A stretch of 32,805 nt of DNA from Octopus bimaculoides (Eukaryota). This document shows, piece by piece, positions 22,004-32,805 of this stretch. The position numbers were made by a program, and so were the translations under genes. Numbering within the stretch: position 1 is the first letter of the stretch; each line of letters opens with the position of its first letter. Location: contig NC_068983.1 in NCBI RefSeq assembly GCF_001194135.2, positions 69,375,636 to 69,408,440 on the forward strand. Reading direction: 5' to 3'. The notes under the pieces are model-generated. The model was not told the DNA's origin and did not search any database. It saw only the letters and a program-made list of their open reading frames with translations.

Positions 22004-22160
22004 TAACTTAAGTTTGAGAAGGAAACTAGGATGCTAAATCCTATCAAATGCCTTCAATATATCAAGGGCAACATGCGTCATCACAATTATTTAAAATACG
22101 TTGGAAGATGAGCAATGGAGACAGTAATGTTTGTTAGAAAACAGGCCGAGTGAATCAAGG
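22004..22160 (-). pseudogene. CR1/Jockey-group LINE reverse transcriptase relic
   Basis: LDSLGLFSNKHY...VALDILKAFDRI*HPSFLLKLKLY corresponds to the conserved L..Q.GF...LDISKAFDRVWH..LL.KL..Y motif. Confidence 0.65.
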
Positions 22161-23348
22161 TGCAAGATCAGAGCTTAGTTGATCAAAGATCCAAAGATCT
22201 TGTTAATATGAAGTGGCAAACATCCAAGATCACTGTTTGAGGTGTCTGGAGCATGTGGAAGCAGTGGTGAAAGAATATGTTGAAGTAGTGAATATCAGAT
22301 CCATCTATAACGCGAAATTGTCTTAACCACTACACCATATGCCCGTGGGCAACAACAACAACAACAGCTCAGCAGCAGCAGCAACAACAACAGCTAAACC
22401 CATTACCGTATCAGCATCAAAAGCAACAGTTAAAGATGCAATCCCCCCCCAAAAAAAACCATCGCAAAAATATCAGAAACAACAAAACAAAAAAAACAGC
22501 CATTACAACACGAACAACAGTAGCAACAGCAGTGACACAAACTGCCAAAGACACAAAACCACTCCTCTTCAACTTCCCTATTGTACAAAAGACGGTAATG
22601 AGATTAAGAATTACATAAAACAAAACAAGAACAAAATAAAAACAAAAAGTGGGAGCTTTGAAAAGCTTATTCTAAAACCACCAACAAACTGACTTCTGGT
22701 GAAAACATCAACAGACCTTTAGAGACGACCTTTACGGCTTACTGTGGCTCGTGACAGAAAAACTGGAGAGTAGTAAGAAACGAGTAATAGCAGATAATAT
22801 AAAGATTTGTAACAGGTAGTTGATGGATGGGAAAAAACGTCGGATTTGTATGGTCTGTTGTACAAGATTTATGGTTAAAAGCCTATTATTCGTCCCTATT
22901 TTGTAACTGACAAGTTGGTAATATTCCTGGCTATAATAACTGAGGAATGGTGGTACTACAGAGGACGGAAAAGAACAAAATGGGCATCAATGACAATGTT
23001 TGTCAAACGCAGTCTTTGAGAAGCTACATCTCATGTAATGCAACGTCGAAAGGGGGTCATAAACCAAAATTTAGTGTGAGTTCTAATCCACTCGAAACAT
23101 CAATGCTCATCGATGCTCCGTTAGTAATCGCTGCTCCATAAGTATTTCGTTAGTAATCAGTGTAGTTAATTTTTCAAAGGCTGGATCGCACCAGTGTAGA
23201 TGCCACATCAAACTCGGTGGTTAGATTAAATTACTACCCATCGGAACCGTTTAACCTTTTCGAACGATACTCGGTCTACTCATAGTGTTCTTTCTCATCG
23301 TTTTTGTTTGTTTTGGTCCCTGTAGTTATAGAAGAAACCGTTAGCTAC

Positions 23349-23532
23349 AAAATTCGTTTCTCTTGGAGTTATGGGTTGAATAATGATCTTTTTAACTGTT
23401 ACGTAAAAGCGAAACAAAACTCCGCTATTAAACGATTGAAATCATATTGAGACGATCTGCATCCAGAATTAAATCATTTTACGGGGAAGCAACTACACCA
23501 ACAAGCAACATTTGTAGAACATAGAAAGAAGG
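23349..23532 (+). pseudogene. N-terminal ORF relic of an RLE-type (R4/Dong-like) LINE
   Basis: KIRFSWSYGLNNDLFNCYVKAKQNSAIKRLKSY*DDLHPELNHFTGKQLHQQATFVEHRKK resembles the W..E.N..L..CY...K....KR....W...HP......QL..Q pattern of R4-like N-termini. The single TGA sits where TGG is expected. Assignment from memory. Confidence 0.45.
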
Positions 23533-23560
23533 TTAGTAACTGTACCTTTATTTAGAAATC

Positions 23561-23792
23561 GAAAATTCCAATGAACAAACTTTGAGTCTAGGTTAGAAAG
23601 CGGCTCTTTCTCTATTGGTAAGAAATCTTGAAATGAAACTGAATAATGACATACATACATACATACATACATACAAAAATACCCAGTTGATGTTGAAATT
23701 CCAATGAAGGAGCCTTGGATCTAATGTTAGAAACAGGCTCTTTCTCTATTGCTAAGAAATCTTGAAATCAATCTGAATAATGACATACATAC
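23561..23792 (+). repeat. Two tandem copies of a ~90-bp LINE/SINE-like 3' end, each followed by (CATA)n
   Basis: AAATTCCAATGAA...GGCTCTTTCTCTATTG[G/C]TAAGAAATCTTGAAAT...CTGAATAATGA-CATACATAC at 23561-23674 and about 23695-23792. Stem GAAGGAGCC/GGCTCTTTC in copy 2. Confidence 0.7.
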
Positions 23793-24496
23793 TAACAACA
23801 GCATACTCAGAGACGCGCTTTAACTCATATGCACACTCAAACACTCCTAAATAGCTCATATACTAATTCACATAAACACACACATGTACATAAAGTGATG
23901 ACAAATTAGTACAACTAAATATTCTTTTATTACTATTTACAACAGTAATACTAACCTTATTACTGTAATATACAAAATATTATCACTCTGCCTTCCTTAG
24001 TCACTTTACCGCCCCTGCATACCGATTTATGTAACTTTCCACACCCATCTCACAGCACCCTGTTGGGAATTATGTACAAATGAGATGCTCATTTCTCTGT
24101 CTCTGTCTCTGTCTCCCTCTCGCTATCTCTCATTCTCTCTTTTTCTCACCCACTCTCTCTTTAACTCTTTCTNNNNNNNNNNNNNNNNNNNNNNNNNNNN
24201 NNNNNNNNNNNNNNNNNNNNNNNNNNNNNNNNNNNNNNNNNNNNNNNNNNNNNNNNNNNNNNNNNNNNNNNNTTAGGTAGGTAGATAGCTAGCTAGATAG
24301 ATATAGATAAAAATATAGATTTAGTTCTATATGTATTGTATATGCATGTGTATATATGTACATGTGTGTACATACATGTAAATGTATGTATATGTATGTA
24401 CATGTGTGTGTCATTTATATAGGCTTAATAAACATGTACTCAACAAAAACTGTTGCCTAATTCATCACTTAGAATGTAAAATTTTGATTACAACCC

Positions 24497-24533
<37 letters not shown>

Positions 24534-26186
24534 CACACGCACACACACACACACACACTCACAATGCACACACATATGTACACATATATACATGTATGTA
24601 TATACATTTACATGTATATATGCATATATATACATACATATATATATAGATGTATATATAGATGTATATATTTATATATATATATATATAGATGTATATA
24701 TAGATGTATATATTTGTATATATAGATGTATATATTTATATATATATATATATAGATGTATATATAGATGTATATATTTATATATNNNNNNNNNNNNNNN
24801 NNNNNNNNNNNNNNNNNNNNNNNNNNNNNNNNNNNNNNNNNNNNNNNNNNNNNNNNNNNNNNNNNNNNNNNNNNNNNNNNNNNNNNNNNNNNNNNNNNNN
24901 NNNNNNNNNNNNNNNNNNNNNNNNNNNNNNNNNNNNNNNNNNNNNNNNNNNNNNNNNNNNNNNNNNNNNNNNNNNNNNNNNNNNNNNNNNNNNNNNNNNN
25001 NNNNNNNNNNNNNNNNNNNNNNNNNNNNNNNNNNNNNNNNNNNNNNNNNNNNNNNNNNNNNNNNNNNNNNNNNNNNNNNNNNNNNNNNNNNNNNNNNNNN
25101 NNNNNNNNNNNNNNNNNNNNNNNNNNNNNNNNNNNNNNNNNNNNNNNNNNNNNNNNNNNNNNNNNNNNNNNNNNNNNNNNNNNNNNNNNNNNNNNNNNNN
25201 NNNNNNNNNNNNNNNNNNNNNNNNNNNNNNNNNNNNNNNNNNNNNNNNNNNNNNNNNNNNNNNNNNNNNNNNNNNNNNNNNNNNNNNNNNNNNNNNNNNN
25301 NNNNNNNNNNNNNNNNNNNNNNNNNNNNNNNNNNNNNNNNNNNNNNNNNNNNNNNNNNNNNNNNNNNNNNNNNNNNNNNNNNNNNNNNNNNNNNNNNNNN
25401 NNNNNNNNNNNNNNNNNNNNNNNNNNNNNNNNNNNNNNNATATTTATATATTTAATCCTTTATATCGAACACTCAATATTTCATCTATTCAATAAGACAT
25501 ATTCCATATATTCAATAAGACATTCAATACTTTATTTCATAGTACCATCCATTTTTATTTTATATTATATATAGTATATTATATTATATATTGTATATTC
25601 CATATTCTATATCCCACATTGGTTTTGCAGGAATATAAATAAAACATAAAAAACAGACAGTGTTGGAACTCTTTTAAACAAAATAATATATATATATATA
25701 TATACATACATACATATATACATGTGTATGCATGCATCCGTTTCATAGGAGTCCTTTGTAGAGTTACTATCAATAATATCATGAAATGTTTTTAGTTAAT
25801 TATCCTCTGGCTGTGTGTCTTAGTCAGTGAAAGCATGCGTGTTTGTGCGTGTGTGTATGTATTATATGTACATATATATGTATACGCACATATAAATAGA
25901 TAGATAGATTGATAGACAGATAGGTGTACATACACAAACAACAGTTTGATTAGTGTACCTGCTGATCAAAATAATCTAACAAACATATTATACATCACAC
26001 GTATTACATATACATTTCGGATTTCAAACACACACACACGCACTGACTCTCACCCACAGGGGTTCACACGCACTAATTTTCTCGTTGCATATTTACGTTA
26101 GAAATATCACAAATATGTAATTAAGCCTATTACAAATGTATATTTAAACGCCTATACAAAACATGCATACATTCTTACACACATAC

Positions 26187-26503
26187 AAGCCTGTCGTATA
26201 TATATATCTATATCTATATATGTGTGTGTGTATGTATGTGTGTGTGTATGTGTGTGTGTGTATATGTGTGTGTGTATTGTGTCAGTGTCTGTGTTTGTCC
26301 CCCAACCACGTCATGGTTTGACAACCGATGCTGGTATGTTATTCTCCCCTGAACTTAGCGGTTCGGGAAAAGTCTTCGATAGAATAAGTACTAGGCTTTC
26401 ATAAAATAAATCCTAAGGAAGATTTCTTCAGCTAACACCCTTTGAGGAGGTGCTCCAGCATGGCAACCGTCAAATGACTAAGACAAGTAAAAGAATAATA
26501 GAA
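26187..26503 (+). mobile_element. 5'-truncated SINE family A copy with expanded internal microsatellite
   Basis: AAGCCTGTCG + (TA/TG)n, then GTGTCTGTGTTTGTCCCC...GACAACCGATGCTGG...TAGAATAAGTACTAGGCTT...GGTGCTCCAGCATGGC...CAAGTAAAAGAATA, homologous to 8515-8715. Confidence 0.7.
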
Positions 26504-27400
26504 TATTTATATTTATATATATGTGTATATATNNNNNNNNNNNNNNNNNNNNNNNNNNNNNNNNNNNNNNNNNNNNNNNNNNNNNNNNNNNNNNNNNNNN
26601 NNNNNNNNNNNNNNNNNNNNNNNNNNNNNNNNNNNNNNNNNNNNNNNNNNNNNNNNNNNNNNNNNNNNNNNNNNNNNNNNNNNNNNNNNNNNNNNNNNNN
26701 NNNNNNNNNNNNNNNNNNNNNNNNNNNNNNNNNNNNNNNNNNNNNNNNNNNNNNNNNNNNNNNNNNNNNNNNNNNNNNNNNNNNNNNNNNNNNNNNNNNN
26801 NNNNNNNNNNNNNNNNNNNNNNNNNNNNNNNNNNNNNNNNNNNNNNNNNNNNNNNNNNNNNNNNNNNNNNNNNNNNNNNNNNNNNNNNNNNNNNNNNNNN
26901 NNNNNNNNNNNNNNNNNNNNNNNNNNNNNNNNNNNNNNNNNNNNNNNNNNNNNNNNNNNNNNNNNNNNNNNNNNNNNNNNNNNNNNNNNNNNNNNNNNNN
27001 NNNNNNNNNNNNNNNNNNNNNNNNNNNNNNNNNNNNNNNNNNNNNNNNNNNNNNNNNNNNNNNNNNNNNNNNNNNNNNNNNNNNNNNNNNNNNNNNNNNN
27101 NNNNNNNNNNNNNNNNNNNNNNNNNNNNNNNNNNNNNNNNNNNNNNNNNNNNNNNNNNNNNNNNNNNNNNNNNNNNNNNNNNNNNNNNNNNNNNNNNNNN
27201 NNNNNNNNNNNNNNNNNNNNNNNNNNNNNNNNNNNNNNNNNNNNNNNNNNNNNNNNNNNNNNNNNNNNNNNNNNNNNNNNNNATATATATATATATATAT
27301 ATATAATATATATATATATTATATATACGTATATATATATATATATATACACACGCACATATATATATATATTATATATTTGTGTGTTTATATTTATCTA

Positions 27401-27452
<52 letters not shown>

Positions 27453-27844
27453 AATTCATACTTATGATTGTTTGTGTGTGTGTGTGTGTGTCTGTGTATG
27501 CGCGCGCCATTGCATTTGTGTAAGAGCATACTTTTCCCGCTAATACAAGCACGATTAAGTATTATATATTTTTAAGTGCATCCATGTGTATATGCGTGTG
27601 TGCATATGTATACATAGATATATATACTGTTAAACATATTTATATATACAGAAACATGCTTCTTCAACTACACGCACACACACAAGTCACTCGTACATTT
27701 CCAACACAGAAGCAATATATAAGTGTGTGTGTGTCCGTGTGTCTGTCTGTGTGTGTGTGAATATATATATTCTTTGTGTAAATACGTGTGTGTGTATGCA
27801 TGTATGTAGCCACATATATGTATGCATCCACATATACTCACTCT

Positions 27845-27880
<36 letters not shown>

Positions 27881-28266
27881 NNNNNNNNNNNNNNNNNNNN
27901 NNNNNNNNNNNNNNNNNNNNNNNNNNNNNNNNNNNNNNNNNNNNNNNNNNNNNNNNNNNNNNNNNNNNNNNNNNNNNNNNNNNNNNNNNNNNNNNNNNNN
28001 NNNNNNNNNNNNNNNNNNNNNNNNNNNNNNNNNNNNNNNNNNNNNNNNNNNNNNNNNNNNNNNNNNNNNNNNNNNNNNNNNNNNNNNNNNNNNNNNNNNN
28101 NNNNNNNNNNNNNNNNNNNNNNNNNNNNNNNNNNNNNNNNNNNNNNNNNNNNNNNNNNNNNNNNNNNNNNNNNNNNNNNNNNNNNNNNNNNNNNNNNNNN
28201 NNNNNNNNNNNNNNNNNNNNNNNNNNNNNNNNNNNNNNNNNNNNNNNNNNNNNNNNNNNNNNNNNN

Positions 28267-28305
<39 letters not shown>

Positions 28306-28700
28306 TTATATATATACACGCACTATATAGATGTATATATGCATGTATATACTTGTATATAGGTGTGTGTGTTCTTGTGTGTGTGTATCTGTGTATTTGT
28401 TTCCTTATAATTGTTTCTTTATAATTTGTTTCTTTATAATTCATAATGGATGGTCATTTTAATCTTTACTACATACTGACGCTAATTATACATTTACATA
28501 TATCTCTATATCTACACATATCTATGTGCTTAAGTATATGTGCACATGTGTATCTCTGTGAATATGTTTGTATATATATATATATATATATATATGCATA
28601 CATACATATATGTTCATACATATAAGTGTGTGTGTATATATGTATATCTATATATCTACATACATATGTGTGTGTGTGGGCGTCGCGTGTGTGGGGGGGG

Positions 28701-29020
28701 GGCGAAGCACATGGCTTAATAGTTAAGTGTTTCTTCTCACGCCCGTGAGGTCGTGGATTTGATTACCGGCGCCATGCTTTGTCCTTGACCATCACATTTT
28801 ATTTCGCGTTGCTCCGGTCGAATCGACTGGCGAAAATGAGTTATTCATATAATTCTCCAGCGTTGTCACATTCGTATCACACCGAATCTCTCTGAGAAAT
28901 GCGTTAATGCTTCGCTTGATTGTGGAGTGCTCAGTCACTTGCATGTTAATCTCATGTGAAGTCTGTCCCATTGATCTAATGAACTAGAACAGTCGTTGTC
29001 GTAACCCATTGAGTGCCATT
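28701..29020 (+). mobile_element. Degenerate tRNA-derived SINE (family D): body shared with 31375-31629, tail shared with 18140-18526
   Basis: GTCCTTGACCATCACATTTTATTTCGCGTTGCTCCGGTCGAATCGACTGGCGAAAATGAGT aligns with the 31.4-kb SINE core. TGTGGAGTGCTCAGTCACTTGCATGTTAAT...GTCGTAACCCATTGAGTGCC aligns with the 18.1-kb SINE tail. Confidence 0.65.
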
Positions 29021-29023
29021 TAT

Positions 29024-29054
<31 letters not shown>

Positions 29055-29055
29055 T

Positions 29056-29258
29056 GTATTGATTTCAAATTTTTGCACAAGGCCAGTAATTTCACGGTTG
29101 GGAGAAGTTGAAATTCGACCCCTGTGCTGAGCTGACACTTATTTTATTGACCACGAAAGGATGAATGGCATAGTTGACCTCAGCGGAATTTGAACTCAGA
29201 ACGTAAAGACAGTCGAAAAGCCGCAAAGCACCTTGCCTGGCGTGCTAACTCTTCTGTC
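29056..29258 (-). mobile_element. SINE family B, alternative-tail copy
   Basis: Same body and GGCCTTGTGCAAAAATTTGAAATCAATAC tail as 18717-19126. Confidence 0.7.
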
Positions 29259-29285
29259 ACATTTACACACATACAAACAAATATT

Positions 29286-29317
<32 letters not shown>

Positions 29318-29479
29318 CATATATATTTTATTATATATATTTATTTTCTCCTAATTAATAAATAATTAGAACAAAATAAATTGGTTAATAGATACCAGGG
29401 TAGCAAAGATCACAAAATGACTGTGGTGTAACTCCTGTTTATGAGGTAGAAACTCCTTGTTATTTTGGGTACTTGAGTG

Positions 29480-29575
29480 TATATAAATTTAGTGAATGGA
29501 GTAAAACGCATATGTTTTGGAAATAAAAGTATGCAGTTAACATATGCGTTTTACTCCATTCACTAAATTTATATA
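29480..29575. repeat. Perfect 37-bp inverted repeat with 22-nt spacer
   Basis: TATATAAATTTAGTGAATGGAGTAAAACGCATATGTT (29480-29516) and its exact reverse complement (29539-29575). Confidence 0.95.
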
Positions 29576-30092
29576 TACATGCATATATATANNNNNNNNN
29601 NNNNNNNNNNNNNNNNNNNNNNNNNNNNNNNNNNNNNNNNNNNNNNNNNNNNNNNNNNNNNNNNNNNNNNNNNNNNNNNNNNNNNNNNNNNNNNNNNNNN
29701 NNNNNNNNNNNNNNNNNNNNNNNNNNNNNNNNNNNNNNNNNNNNNNNNNNNNNNNNNNNNNNNNNNNNNNNNNNNNNNNNNNNNNNNNNNNNNNNNNNNN
29801 NNNNNNNNNNNNNNNNNNNNNNNNNNNNNNNNNNNNNNNNNNNNNNNNNNNNNNNNNNNNNNNNNNNNNNNNNNNNNNNNNNNNNNNNNNNNNNNNNNNN
29901 NNNNNNNNNNNNNNNNNNNNNNNNNNNNNNNNNNNNNNNNNNNNNNNNNNNNNNNNNNNNNNNNNNNNNNNNNNNNNNNNNNNNNNNNNNNNNNNNNNNN
30001 NNNNNNNNNNNNNNNNNNNNNNNNNNNNNNNNNNNNNNNNNNNNNNNNNNNNNNNNNNNNNNNNNNNNNNNNNNNNNNNNNNNNNNNNNNNN

Positions 30093-30127
<35 letters not shown>

Positions 30128-30779
30128 ACATGCAGTGCATATTGTATGTTGTTTGATAACAGTGAAGGAAAAGTTTGATACTGAATTGGTTTTAATCTTG
30201 CTTTGTGTCTTTCCATCTCCTTTTCTCCCCCTTCTTTATCCGTTACTTTCTATCCGGATTTGTGGGTTACAGAGTGAGATGCATAAACAGAGAACATAAA
30301 GAGAAAAAGTGGCGACCAAAAGTGATTTCAGTTATGGCTGTGCTACATATAGGTGACGGCGAAATCTATTTTGCTTCCTCTTTCTGCTTCTGTTTATTCT
30401 TTCTCTCTTGATTTCTCTCTTTTTTTTGTTTTTGTTGTTGGTTCTTTCAAGTGAATAGCGGAACAGAGTGCGGTCGAGAATGAAACATGCCCATCAAGTG
30501 ACTGATATGTATACATGGAGGAAATTGGTTGCAATGATGGTGATTATTGGTTTGTGTGACGTCAAACTCTCTGTTTTTCTCTCTCAATCTTGTTTAGCAT
30601 TTTTATCTATATTTTTTTATAATAATCTCTCATTCTCTATATGTTGTTGGAATAATCTCTCAGTCTATATATTTTGTTGTAATAATCACCTATTCTCTCT
30701 CTGGCGTAACTAAATAGAGTGAATTAGAGAATGAGAAACAAGTCACAAGAGATACATATAGAGAAAGAAAAAAGAAAGG

Positions 30780-30810
<31 letters not shown>

Positions 30811-30846
30811 AATGAAAAAAGAAAGAAGTGTGATGCTGCTGGCACT

Positions 30847-30994
30847 TTGAAAATAGGATCGAATTGAACAACAGGCAATGTCTATTGCAGCGTTCTTTGT
30901 TGTTAAGGGAACGCATAGTTTTAAGAACAGCATCAAATTGTACAACAGCCATATTCTATTGTAGGATTCTTTATTATTCAATGAGCGCATGTTT
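30847..30994. repeat. Diverged 74-bp tandem duplication (2 units)
   Basis: Ungapped alignment with 21 differences over 74 bp. Confidence 0.85.
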
Positions 30995-31374
30995 TTCTCT
31001 TCTACATACATCTACGTACGTCGTTTGATTTATGTGGTTAAATGACAGACAAAGTCAAATACATTTAAAGCCATAATTTCTAAGAAACACCACGGGGGAT
31101 TTACTTCTGGCTAGTGTGCTATGAGAACTCCTACAGAAACCTATTGCTATCATAACTCCATATACTGCCGATTATGATTACCGATTAAAATACATTGCAT
31201 GAATTCTTGCTTGTTCGTAGAAGGATATTTCACTAGTTAGTGAACTATTAGAAAAGGATTACAAAGATGTTTGATTATAGGTGCTGACATATATACTAGT
31301 GTGGGTTTTTATTCTTGATTCCATTTACCTACTCCAGCGGGTCAATCTGTACATGTGTGCTTGTGTATATATAT

Positions 31375-31629
31375 AATAATAAATAAAAGCGTCCTTTTAA
31401 AGCCTAGCCAGGCTCATGGGCCCGGTTTCCCCGGTTTCAATGGCGTATGTGTTCCCCAGCTGGACGGGACGCCAGTCCATCGCAGCGTTACTCATTTTTG
31501 CCAGCTGAGTGGACTGGAGCAACGAGAAATGAAGTGTTTTGCTCAAGAACACAACGCGTCGCTCGGTCCAGGAATCGAAACCACAATCTTACGTTCATGA
31601 TGCTGACACCCTAACCACTAAGCCTCCAC
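31375..31629 (-). mobile_element. tRNA-derived SINE (family E) with conserved core and V-domain-like segment
   Basis: Head GTGGAGGCTTAGTGGTTAGGG...GGTTTCGATTCC. Core GTTCTTGAGCAAAACACTT...CTCCAGTCCACTCAGCTGGCAAAAATGAGT, then CTGCGATGGACTGGCGTCCCGTCCAG (resembles the V-SINE domain). Tail GAAACCGGG...CATGAGCC...TTTATT. Confidence 0.75.
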
Positions 31630-31657
31630 CTTGTGTGTATATACATGTACAGAAATA

Positions 31658-32517
31658 TGTGATCTGATCAATAAGTACCCGAACTATTGCCATATTAACG
31701 AGGCTAAAGCAAGCAGAGTAAAGCTGCTCGGCACAGATGGACCTTGAACTTTGCTGTGCATGCGCACTAAGCTTTAACGTTCTAGCTCAGTTCCGCTGTT
31801 TACAGCAGTGCTTGGAAATAACGTGTGTAAGGTGTGTCCGTCGCATTGACCATGGCAGAGAAAGTTGAGCAGAGAATCTGCATCAAATTTTGTCAAAAGC
31901 TTGGCGACACCTGCTCAGTGGCCTACGCAATGTTTTCTAAGTTTTCATCGTCTTCGACAGAATCAAGGGGATTGTGTGCAACTGAAACCTGGGTGTCTTT
32001 TTGGTCAGCTGAAACTTGGCATACACGCGTCCAATACCCAAATCTTCAGTGATAATGGATTGAACTGAACCATAACTAATCTGCACATCCTCTGATGACT
32101 CATGGATGGTGATTCTACGATTCCCCCTCGCAGCTACACGCACATCTGTAATGTTTTTCTCAGTTCTGCTAGCTGCAGGTCTCCCAGAATGTTCGTCACT
32201 ATCGTCATTTTTTCGACCATTCTGGAAATGTCTGAACCACTCGTACACTTGTGTGCGACCCACACACTCCTCTTCATTCACTTTCTGCAACTTTGTGTTG
32301 GCCTCTGAGCAGGTATCGCCCTGACAACTTTCTGGCCAATGCGACGATCACACGTTACACACGTTTTTTCGAATCACTGCTGTGAACAGAGGAGGTGAGC
32401 AACAACGTTAAAACTTAGTGCATATGCACAATAGCGGTCAAGATCAATCGGCTTATCTCTGCATGCTGTAGTGTCGTTACTATAGCAACAGTCCGGATAC
32501 TTATTGATTAGACCTCG
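31658..32517. mobile_element. Mariner (DD34D-type N-terminus) derivative made of two inward-facing 5' ends
   Basis: TA-flanked 28-bp TIRs (22/28). Left arm: 5' UTR + MAEKVEQRICIKFCQKLGDTCSVAYA. Right arm on (-): homologous 5' UTR + GDTCSEANTKLQKV...TQVYEWF..F..GR...D..SGRP...RRITI..(HTH)...DSVEDDEN. The arms join at the microhomology AAGTTT (31939-31944). No catalytic domain. Confidence 0.85.
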
Positions 32518-32771
32518 TATATACATACATACATACATACATACATACATACATACACACATTCATACATGCATATAAATATATATATATATATATGAAG
32601 ACATATACATACACGCTCATTCACAAACACAAAGATGCACACTCACACATGCATATACACATACACACTCGTACGCGCGAGTACACACGCACGCACACAT
32701 ACACACGCATACATATTAAGTGAAATACATAATTTTCTATTTTGCGACTGTTTTACTTCTGCGATGTATGC

Positions 32772-32805
<34 letters not shown>

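Noticed and set aside
22339-22692. 117-aa N/A/T/K/Q-rich ORF
   Set aside because: Built from (CAA)/(CAG) and A-rich simple repeats; no domain or splice support.
960-30216. Long ORFs in the supplied track (150-357 aa)
   Set aside because: They are runs of X from N-gaps or YI/CV/HT repeats from microsatellites, not proteins.

Overview
AT-rich, microsatellite-dense eukaryotic DNA with 11 N-gaps and no supportable host-gene exon, so it is intronic or intergenic. The repeat families look like those of octopod cephalopods (inference from recognition, no search run). The window is a mosaic of transposon relics: (i) the 3' end of an L1/Tx1-type LINE at 1-534; (ii) an internally deleted DD37D (maT) transposase; (iii) a small non-coding LTR retroelement (5029-7255, 360-bp LTR, 4-bp TSD CAGC, tRNA-Trp PBS, CsRn1-like by those traits); (iv) Penelope-like relics, including a near-intact type I hammerhead ribozyme at 21062-21122 (-) and decayed ones; (v) several tRNA-derived SINE families with shuffled bodies and tails; (vi) a 655-bp foldback MITE with 8-bp TSD and an internal TTAGGG tract; (vii) a mariner derivative built from two inward-facing 5' ends; (viii) CR1-like and R4-like LINE scraps. 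The most unusual structure is in the LTR element: three tandem tRNA-Trp primer-binding sites spaced about 60 bp apart, each preceded by an LTR-end-like sequence. The first is complementary to about 30 nt of tRNA-Trp rather than the usual 18. All long ORFs in the supplied track are artefacts of N-runs or microsatellites.
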